Both the position numbers and the translations under genes were made by a program. Under the pieces are notes generated by a model that had not been told where the DNA came from, did no database searches, and saw only the letters and a list, made by a program, of their open reading frames with translations. From positions 1 to 64,000 of the forward strand of contig MEDY01000325.1 in assembly GCA_001724265.1 (NCBI GenBank): a stretch of 64,000 bases of DNA, written 5' to 3'. Each line of letters opens with the position of its first letter. Position 1 is the stretch's first letter. Shown here piece after piece: positions 49,987-60,068 of this stretch. Origin of the DNA: Rhizaria sp. SCN 62-66. Lineage: Eukaryota.

Positions 49987-50582
49987 ATGGCTCGGTTTTC
50001 CCTTATTGCGGTTGTTCTTGCAGTCTTTGTCGCTGCTGTTTACGCCTCTGCCAACGGTATGTCCTACCCCATATCTATCCTACCAAATCACCACCCAGTC
50101 TATCTCATCCGAACGCCCACGTTTCCTTTCATACCGCCTCACAACCAACTCGACATGCATCTTTCATCTTAAATCGTATTATTGTAGGCTTCAACGAGGC
50201 TGTAAACTGGCTGAGCTCCCTGGATGAGGCCAAGAAGGTTTCTGCCGAGACTGGCAAGCCGGTCATGGCGCTCATCCACAAGTCGTGGTGCGGCGCCTGC
50301 AAGCGCCTCAAGACGCAGCTCGAGGGCGCGGCCGCCGAATCCTTCGTCGCCGCGTCGGCTGACTTTGTGATGGTGAACCTGGCCGACGACGCCGAGCCCG
50401 CGGACCCGGCGTACGCGCCCGACGGCGGCTACATCCCGCGCGTCATCTTCGTCGACGCCAAGGGCGCCGTCCGCCCCGAGCTTAAGAACCCTGCTCGCAG
50501 CGGCGAGTACAAGTACTTCTACACCGACGCCACCTCGCTCGTCAACGGCATGAAGGCCGCCAAGGCCGCCCTCGTCGTCTAA
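49987..50582 (+). CDS. TXNDC12: ERp18/TXNDC12-like (AGR family) secretory thioredoxin; 2 exons
   Basis: Exon 49987-50056 encodes a signal peptide (MARFSLIAVVLAVFVAAVYASA); exon 50188-50582 follows. Motifs KPVMALIHKSWCGACKRLK, FVMVNL, PDGGYIPRVIFVD, YKYFY. Ends TAA. Confidence 0.88.
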
Positions 50583-50905
50583 GCAGCTCTGTTGTTCGTC
50601 AACGATGTTATGAGTCGCGCCCAAAGTAAAAAGTATCTTGTATTGGTTTGACTGTGTTCTTCTCTTATCTGGGTTTTTGAAATAGTGTTTTTCCGTTTAT
50701 TTTTTTGCAAAATGAAGAATAAAACATGTTTTATATTTCTATTTTGTATTATTTCCTCGCATAAGTGCGGTATATCAAACATTTTCAAGATTCATCAAGT
50801 TTCGCTCAAACTGGCCACCCTTGTCAAATGATTGGTTCCAGCTTCGTGACGCGTGCGGAGTCACTGTCACGTTGTGCTCAGCTGCTATTACTCCGCGCTC
50901 GCACC

Positions 50906-50912
50906 TCAGACG

Positions 50913-50944
<32 letters not shown>

Positions 50945-51968
50945 GGCCTTCTTGCGCTTGTACATGCTGTTGACGATCTTGCCGAAGGCGCGCGCGGCAG
51001 TGGTGGGGGGTGCCGACGACTCGTCCTGGCCCTGCGCGGGCGCCGTGGGCGAGACCGAGACGTTGACGATCGGCACGTTAAACTCACCGTTCCTGGGTAG
51101 AGAGGCAAGTCGGGCAGATAAGACCGAAAAAAAAAGAGACGAGGTGAAGCAAGAGCAGAACATAGCAAGTGAGGTCAGACAAATGTGAAAGTGGGGTCTT
51201 TGGAGAAGCAGTCGGGACTTGAAACAACAGTAAAACAAAATCAAGCCACAAATGGATATGTGAATAGGCTAACACGTCAAAATCCATATCATAACACCGA
51301 AGCATATATTGTCTTGTTGCTGGGTTCGAGCGGGCACGTACATGATGACGAGGGGCGCGTGCTGGACGGTCGAGTCGTCGGTGACTGCGAGCATCACACA
51401 CTGGCCCTTCCCCAGCTGCGACTTTAGGCAGAACCACTCGCACCACACGCGCGCGTCGTTGTTCTAAATAACACAATCATAATGGGGCAAGTGGGCATCA
51501 GGAAAGGAAGAGTGTAAATAAGAGTGTGTTCCGGCAGTAACGTAAAGTAGGCATGATATATCGACGTAGAATCCGGCCATCAAAGTGAAACAAGTAAATG
51601 GAATAGCTAAATACGTTATGCATATAATACACCAGTTAAAGTCTGAAGCCTGGTCGTAATCATTGTTTCATGCAGTGTAAACGGACCTGGGTCTGGTTGT
51701 GCGGGTTAAAGACGACGATGATGCCGTCCAGGTCCTTGATGATGGCGGGCCAACAGTACTCGTACTCCTGATCGCCCGACACGTCCCACAGCTCCACCGA
51801 CACGGGCTGCGGTACCTCGAGCACCTGCGTGTGCTGAATGGTGCGCACGCCGACCGTGGCGTCGTAAACGCCGCCGTAGGGGATGTTCTGCACCGTCACG
51901 TGGTTCGAGAAACGGGTCTTGCCGCTCTCCTTAGGGCCAATGATGGCCACTTTGACCGTGTCGGACAT
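50906..51968 (-). CDS. IFT22: Intraflagellar transport protein 22 (RABL5) small GTPase; 3 exons
   Basis: Exons 51968-51687, 51463-51342 and 51092-50906. Motifs KVAIIGPKESGKT, YDATVGVR, ELWDVSGDQEYEYCWPAIIKDLDGIIVVFNP, VWCEWF. No NKxD motif, which is typical of IFT22. Ends TGA. Confidence 0.85.
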
Positions 51969-52351
51969 GGCTCGCAAGCTGTCAAAAGGAATCGGGGGCA
52001 AACAAGCAAAAGCAGAAAGAAGGCGGCGGAGGGGCGCTGTTGGGAAGCGAGATGGGAGAGGAGAGAGCCGTTTGAAGTGGAGCAGGAAGAACAAGGTCAG
52101 CAAATGAGACAGATGCATCGTGACCGGTATACAATTTAAAATACACATATACATTAAGTGCTCTATGTCGGTGAAACCGCGGTCATTTCATTAGAACGAT
52201 TAGAAACGATACAAAGGGGTCGGTTTAGAATCGACCTCAGCCGATACGTTATCGCCAGCCACAGCCGGCCCGCTGGACCAGCGAGCGAAGAGATCAAGTG
52301 GCGGAGAGGTGGCTGATTTTGTGGTATCAATTGCACCTGTCCCGACCGACC
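51969..52351. promoter_or_regulatory. Compact putative bidirectional promoter (383 nt) between IFT22 and the exosome subunit gene
   Basis: Divergent ATGs at 51968 (-) and 52352 (+). Confidence 0.45.
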
Positions 52352-53717
52352 ATGCAATCTTACAAGCCTAAGGAGTGGGTCAACAAAACGTCTTCTAACG
52401 CTGCAATTCCCGCGCAGACGCAAGCCGCGACCTCTGTGGATAATATCGACAGCAGTGCGTACTTCAAGACGGGCGTTGTCTCCTCGGCCGCCGGTTCCTC
52501 CTACTACGAGTTTGGCGGCACCAAGGTCATCTGCGCCGTCTACGGCCCGCTTCCCTCACTCAAAGCGCAGTCTTTCGACCGTGGTGTGCTTGTCTGCGAG
52601 TTCGAGTTCGCGCCCTTCGCCTCCAGCTCGATCACCAGCGCCAGCGCCAGCGCCAGCTCCAGCTCCGGCGCCGCCGTCAGCGCCGTCGCCGCGGGGCCCG
52701 GCGCGGTGATCAACGCGTCCGCCAGCGCCAGTGCAGGCACGGCGGGCCGTCGCCGCCGCGGCGGGCGCCAGGATCCCGAGGAGAGCTTGAACGCGTCGAT
52801 GCTGCACGACGCGCTCTCGGTCGCCGTCCGGCTCGACCGCTTCCCCAAGCACGAGGTGCGTCATCTATATCGGCTACATTGCACGATAACATTAATAGCA
52901 TGGCCGTTGCCGTTGCATTGTTATTTCGATTATATGGTCACTATATGTCTTTTTTTTACCACATCAGCCTCTCATATACCTTCGATATCTCTCTCTATAT
53001 GTCCTCTGCAGGTGCAAGTGTTGGTTCAGGTGCTCGAGCGCAACGGCGGCGAGCTCGCTGCGGCGATTAACGCCGCCGTCGTCGCGCTTGCGGACTCGGG
53101 CATCGAGATGCTTGATCTGGCCGCCGCCGCCACTGTGGTCCGTCTCTCTCCTGTTTCCTTCATGAAATCTATTCTAGTCATACCATACCATATCTCACTC
53201 AACTTACTCACACTCGCTCTCGTTACTCCTCATCTGCTCTTGTCGATATATAGGCTTACGACACGAAGGCCGGCGTGATCGTCACCCCCAGCTTCGCCCA
53301 GATGGCCTCGCGCCGCTGCCGCGGCACCCTCACCATGTCCTGCCTGCCTACCCTCAACCAGGTCTCGTTCATTCACCAGGTACGGCGCAGCAATCTCACA
53401 CGATACCACTAGATATCGCTGATATTCAATGTGAAACTTTACTGTAATGTTGCATATGTGAGTATCGTCAACGTGATAAAGTTTGCGCGAAGTTCACTCA
53501 CATCTAAATCCTAATATCTTGTATCCTGTTGCAACAGACTGGTGCGCTGTCGATCGAGCAGTCCGAGAGCCTGATCACCGCGGCGAACAAGCAATGCGCG
53601 GACATGGTGGCGGCCATTACCGCGCGGCTCATCAAGACTGCGACGCAGGCCCGCAAGGCCGAGCTCGCGGCTGCCTCTACCGCTGAGGCCATCGCGGCCG
53701 CGCTCGGCGACCAGTGA
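52352..53717 (+). CDS. RNA exosome RNase PH-like core subunit (Mtr3/EXOSC6-like; Rrp41 not excluded); 4 exons
   Basis: Exons 52352-52855, 53012-53137, 53254-53379 and 53538-53717, all with phase-0 junctions. Motifs FKTGVVSSAAGSSYYEFGGTKVICAVYGP, FAPFA, VRLDRFPK, VLERNGGELAAAINAAVVALADSGIEMLDL. Ends TGA. Confidence 0.85.
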
Positions 53718-54352
53718 ACACAATACGTAGTCAACAAAACAGCGCATTTAATGAACAGCAAGATCACGTATCACGAACGTCCCGCTAAGCTAGTCATGTA
53801 TTAGAGCTGTGCTTTGACTAATTGCTCTTATTTGACGCAACAGACTGAAAGTCATCCCGTTATGCATGCTTTGTGAGAATGGATGGACTTGGCCCCCGAG
53901 CAGGCCAGAGTATTGCACAATCGCCACCTAGAAATAGATAACACGTTATACAAATTATCCACATCTTGAACAACCATGAATTTGCAATAATAATGCTAAC
54001 GACAATCATATCAGAGTGCTGCAGTGTATTTTAATGACTGGTTGAATGGCTGCAAGTGACCCACAGTCCTTGCTCTTGCAGTTTTGGGCTTGCCAACGGA
54101 TACCTGCCTGGCAGGAGATGCGAGATGGCAACGGCCCTAAGGTCTTTCAAAGCTAATATGTGCCTTTAAACAGAAGCTAAACGAAATGATATGGATGTAA
54201 ATAGTATTTATGCGAAGGTTCTCATTGTTTACTTCTTTATCTTTGTATTCTACCCGTAGGTTCATTGTCTAGCCCAGGCTTGATTTCCCACCCGTTAGAC
54301 CACCCTAAATCTATCGCCGTTTACGTGCGATCACCACCGTTTCCTCACCGCA

Positions 54353-57300
54353 ATGAGTGATTCTGCTTGTCCCGTTGTGGATGCTGAGAAGGAGGTATGC
54401 ATTCAACTAGATATTTGTTTTATATTACGTTCTGTTGCGGTTTTGCCACTGAAACCTAAGTTCTTATCTCAGCCGCGTGCCCCTCACCTGCCGCTCGCTC
54501 ACCGCCCTGCTTCCACAACTGTTGTCACATTTGCTTACTCTTTACTGTTACGTCACCCTCTATAGGAGAAGAACATGCGCCTCCGCCAGCGCGTTCTTAG
54601 TGAGATCACCTCCTCTGAGAAAACCTATCTTACTGACCTCAACAACGTCATTTCCGTCTACATGGAGGTCCGTTTCCCTGCAAGCATGAGCATCTATCTT
54701 GAGCTATATAACTCGATCTACGATTTTATTCACGCGATATCAATCTTCATATTTCATATATTGCAATGTTTAACAACTGAGCGATCTATTTCATCATTGA
54801 CTTCTGATATTTATCACTCGAAACTCCCTCCAAATCTCTTCATTGTCTCATCCGTTCACACTCAACCTTCTTTTTATAACCGTGCATTACACCCGTCTAC
54901 AGCCTCTCGCGCGCGTTGCCGATGACATTGATAAGCAGGACGCCATTACTGCCGTCCAGTCCCTTTTTTCTCAGCTTTCTCAGATCCGCTCTTTCCACCA
55001 GATTCTCCTGGCGACGTTCGAGAGCTCGGTGACCGCGACTGACTACGCCGACACCTTCATCAAGTACTCGGACTTCTTCAAGATGTACACAAGCTACATC
55101 AACAGCTACGACCAGCACATGGACTCCGTACAGCTGCTCCGCGGCGTCAAGCGCCTGAACGCGGTGCTGGACTCTGGTCGCGACAAGCTCAAGGGCCGCG
55201 ACATCACGAGCTACCTGATCACGCCGGTGCAGCGAATCCCGCGCTTCGAGCTGCTGCTGCGAGAGGTGCTGCGCTACACGAGCGACGCCGACGAGACGGA
55301 GCGCCTCGACTTCGCGCTTGAGAAGGTCAAGGCCATCGCGCTTGTGATCAACGAGGACAAGCGCGCCGCCGAGCGTAAGTCAAAGCTGCTGGAGCTGGCC
55401 GCGACGCTCGTCGACCTCGACAAGTGCCTGCAGACGCCGCTGCTCGAGGCGCATCGCCACTTCATCATGGAGGGCACGCTCGTGGACATTATCAAGAAGA
55501 AGCCGCGCCACTGCGTGCTCTTCAACGACCTGTTCCTGTGGTGCTCTCTGCCGAAGCTGCGCGTCAAGGGCGTGGTCAAGCTCGACAAGTCGGTTTTCAT
55601 GACCCACGGCCAGGACCCTAGTGAAACGCAGGAATTCTCCGTCTCCGATGTCAACACGCTCTTCCCCGAGCTCGCCGCCGCTGCTGCCGCGCAGGCCGAG
55701 GCCGAGGCCGAGGCGGAAGCCGCCGCCGCGATGTACAACAGCAACGGCTCCGGTGTATGCGACTACGAGCCCGATTCCCCCTGCTCGGCCGCGGGCGACA
55801 TGTGGGCCACCGCGGCCGCTGCCGCCGGGCTCGAGGCACCCGCGAACTCCACGCTGCCCAGCAACAGCTTCGGCGACAGCGGGCTGACCAGTAGCAGCTC
55901 TGGCTTCGGAAACAGCAGCAGCTCCAACGACTGCCTCGATCTCGACATGCTGCCTTCCCCCACCGTCGGCCTCAACGCCAACACCAACAACGCTAGCAAC
56001 AACGCCAACGGTGGCAACAACACTCCGATCATGATGAACGGCGCCTTTGCCCCCAACGCCACTCTCAATCTCTCCGCGATCGCCGCCGCGTCCGCCGCCG
56101 CCGTGGCGTCCCGCAACTACAGCAACAGCGTCAGCTCCAATGCCTCACAGCCCCAGTGCCCTAGCACCCCCGAGGTCAAGTCGCAGGCGCCCGAGCTCAA
56201 GCCGCTCAGCTCCGCCGACGTGCCCACCGCGGCTGTGGGCCAGGGCAGCCTTGTCTTCGTGCGCGCCTCGCCCGCCCTCCGCTCGCGCGCGGCGCTGTCT
56301 GCGGCGCCCATGTCGCGGCCCGGCTCCCGCGCCGGCTCGCGCGCGCCCTCGCTCGGCCGCGGCTCGCGCGCGCCGTCGCCCGCGCCCGGTGTGCTCAGCG
56401 ACGCGTCGCTGCACGTCGAGTTCCGCTGGACCTCCGCGGACCGCGTGCCGCGCCCGCTCGCGCTGCGCCTCGCCGCCAACTGCCACGAAGACAAGCAGGA
56501 GTGGGTTGAGTCAGTCACCGAGGCGCTGCGCGACGTCGCCTGGATTCGCCCCGGTGCGCTGCCCAACCTCTGCTCGCCCTCGGCCTTCGCCAACGGCGGC
56601 GCGGGCGCAGGCGCGCAGTGCGCCGGCACGGGCTCCGGCGTCAACTCGCCCATCGCGGGCCCTATGGCGGCCGGCGGCACCCCCGGCACCAAGGGCCGCC
56701 GCGCCAGCTTCGGCGGCGCCGGCCCTGTCATGCGCTCGCCCAAGCGCTTCTCGCTGGGCGGCCTGGGCGCCTACAGCACGCTCACCGCGCCCCTCGGCTC
56801 CGTGCCCTGCGTGCCCACCTCCGCGGGCACTCCTGGTGCCAGCGGCAGCAGCAACGGCTTCATGCCCGCCAACACGCTTGTCACCACGCTCAGCGGCTCC
56901 GGCAACGGCGCCAACAGCAGCGCGGTCCCGCTGGTGCGCCCCGCGGTGAGCACGCCATCGCGCACGGGCACGCCCTCGGCCATGCGCACGTACCGCCCCG
57001 TCATGCCGCATCTCGCGCCCGGCGCCGCCGGCGGCAACGCGGGCTTTGGCGCCGGCACCGCGCCCGCGGCCACGCTGGCCGCCGCGCTGGCCGCGGGCCC
57101 CAACGGCTTCGGCAACGTCAACATCGACGGCGTGTCGCCCACCAGCGCTAACAGCGCTTCGCATGGCGTCTTCGGCGGCAGCGGCGCAGGCGCGATGACC
57201 CCGCGCGTCGTCGCCCCGCGCGTCGCGGCCACGCCGCAGCACCAGCAGGGCCGCGCCGGCTCCCAAAGCTCCGGCACAGCCCCCGCCGCCGCCATGGCCG

Positions 57301-58289
57301 CCGCCGCCGCCGCGGGGCTGGCGCCCGGCTCCGCGGCGCACGCGTCCCTCTTCGGGCAGCCCGCGATGCACCCCGCCACTCCTGGCCCTAGCGCCGGCGC
57401 CGGCAGCAGCGCCAACAGCAACGCGCGCACCGTCGCGCGCCGCGCACTGCTCGCCACCAGCGTGACTAACTCCAACGCCATCGGCGTCGCCGTCGGCGGC
57501 GCGACTGCGGGGGCGAATGCGCACGCCGTGGGCACCCCGCGCGCCGCAACCGCGTACGTCGGCTCGGCCGCGGCCGCCAACAACAAGGCGCCCGTGTTCG
57601 GCCAGCCTGCCGCGCTCCCGGGCCAGAAGAAGCAGTTTGCCGTGTCCTCAGCTGTCAGCGCCAGCGGTCTGCGCCCGCTGTCGCCACCCGGCTCGGGGCC
57701 CGGCTCGCCGGTGCGCCAGAGCGTCAGCCCGAACAAGCGCGCCGCCACGGCCGCCCCCGCGGGCGCCTCGCCGACGGGATTCCGCCCGCGGCTCGCCTCG
57801 GCTAGCCCCACCAACGGGCTCTCCGGCCGTGTTGCCGAGCTCAGCATCGGCGGCGGCGGCGGCGACGGCGACGGCGACTCCCCCGCCAAGCAGCAGCGCC
57901 GGCGCCGCTCTGGCGGCCTCAAGAGCCCCAACGCCGCCGCGGCCGCCGGCGGCAAGCAGCTGCGCTCCCCGGGCGGCTGGAACGTGCGCTCCCCTCTTGC
58001 CAACAGCAACGGCAGCAACCAGGAGCCCCCACGCTCGCGCGCGCGCGGCCGTGGCTTCACGTTTGGTCACGACTCGCCCCCGCCCGCCAGCGCGGCCGGC
58101 GCCGACGCCGCTGGTGGGTCCCCGCGCTCGCCCATACAGAACAGTGCGCGCGTGCACAACCTGCGCTCCCCGCGCGCCGGCGGCAACGGCAACGCGGGCG
58201 CAGTCAAGTCTCCCGTCGGCTCGCCCGGCGACTTGATGGGCAAGGAGAACCGCAAGAGCCGCCGCCGCTCGGGCTGCAACCAGCAGTAA
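54353..58289 (+). CDS. Dbl-family RhoGEF (DH domain + split PH domain + long Ser/Pro-rich tail); 3 exons
   Basis: Exons 54353-54394, 54566-54667 and 54903-58289. DH motifs RQRVLSEITSSEKTYLTDL, FFKMYTSYINSY, SYLITPVQRIPRFELLLREVLRYT. PH start RHFIMEGTL...RHCVLFNDLFLWC and PH end LAANCHEDKQEWVESVTEAL. Ends TAA. Confidence 0.9.
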
Positions 58290-60068
58290 GTGCAGTGAGC
58301 TTTTGAAGTCAAGCCTCCTCAGATGGTCACGTCGTCGCTGCAATTTTTGTTTCGTTGTTGAATGTATCATCATATGCATTTCAGTTAAAAATGGGTTCTT
58401 TTGATTGTTGTTGTTTTTTTGTTCGTTCCTGTTCTTGTCGTCTCTGCTGTCGCGTGTTTAATCATATTATTTTGTTTCTCAATGTTGGGCTGTGTGCTAA
58501 TGTGTTGGGTTTCCCATATGAACAAGCATCGCTGTAGTTGCAAAAGCAACAATGATGTTGGTCAAGTGCTTGTTTCGTATCTCAAAAGTAGTAGAGGTAA
58601 TTAAAATCTGTCAACCATGAGTTTTTGCTGTGTTTAAGTGCAACGCCACGTTGTTTCAAAGAATTGCTTTGTTTGTAACAACAATCAATCCGTTTAAAGT
58701 GGTTGTTTCGCCTCCGTTTGCTCTCGTGTTGTTCTCGCTCTCTCAGTTGTCCTGAGTTTCCTGTTGTTGTTCTTGTGCCTCTGGAAGTTACACTCGCTTT
58801 GTATTGCATACTACGCGAGCGCAGTAACGAACAAGACCAGTCGCAAGACCTAACACGACGCATGCATGTAGTAGATATGTGTATGAGTGGCAATGTTTTG
58901 TTAATAAAGAGCTGTAATAAATGTCAAAGTACCGTACTTCTGCGGCAGCAGCACAGCCTTCTGCGACTGCAGCACAGCTTTCTGCAACTACACTGTCGCC
59001 TTTTGCGGCTGTGGCGCTGGCGGCCCTGCCGTTGCGCCTTCCCCAAGGCTTCGAGTTGCGCCTTCTGCTGCGCCATCTGCTCCTCCACCAGCAAGCCCAT
59101 CAGCTTCAGAAACAATTGCGAATCAGCGACAGCATCGGCAGCGGAATCAAGAGCAGAATCAGCAGCGGCATGAGAGCGCTGACAGGGGCAGCCACGGCGA
59201 GGCACGCTTCACCAGCGACCACCTCAGCTCCGAAAACGTCGGGTCTTCGGGATTGCGGGGCGCTCCGTCCAGGTAGCGCTAGTTGCCAGCGTACTGACCG
59301 GAGCCAGGTGGGACGCGGTGACGAAAACTTAGAATGCATTTTTCAAGTAGCATTTTTTATTATTTGCAATAAAAAAAAACTTCACATATTTCTACTATTA
59401 ATGTGATATAATTATTGTGTTTATTCTAAAATTAGACTTTGTTTCATCCTTTTCCACTGTTTACAAGATTTCAGGCGTCTCATTTTTTAATCGAGTAAAG
59501 TTAGTTACACCTAGCTTAGTGGGTATCATTTCATGACGCCAACAATATGCACACGTCATGATTAGTTGTGGCCGTCACACATTTGTCATTTATCTGGTTG
59601 GGTATGAACAACGTGATATACGGACACGTCCTTGCTTTTCTTTGAGCAAGGTCAGGACGTACTCATGTGTTCAGCTTCCCAGAACAAGACTTACGGTTGT
59701 TAAGAAAACGCAAACTTCATGCTTTTAACACGGTCAAATGTATTGTTATAATTAATGGATAAGATTTTATTATGAGCAGCATCTTTCATGGCCGGGTTCT
59801 AAGCCAAATTAACAGTTGATCGAGTATCATGCCCGTCAAGGAGCGATCAAAAACATCTCGAACACAAACTTAATTCCACATCTAGCATACAAAATATACA
59901 CAAACAAATAGTGATTGCACATCTAAAATATAAAAAACCGGCCGGCTTCGTATCCTTGATCTTACGAGGAACGAGTATCTTAACCGTAAACAGAGTTGAG
60001 TAAAAGGTCCTAAACTACCTAAGAAGTGCAAGTGCAGCCAAGCTGTTCACTGGCTTGGACCCCGCCAC

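Noticed and set aside
242-58289. Ciliate-type code (UAA and UAG both Gln)
   Set aside because: TAA terminates eight genes, including directly after KDEL, and never appears inside a modelled frame.
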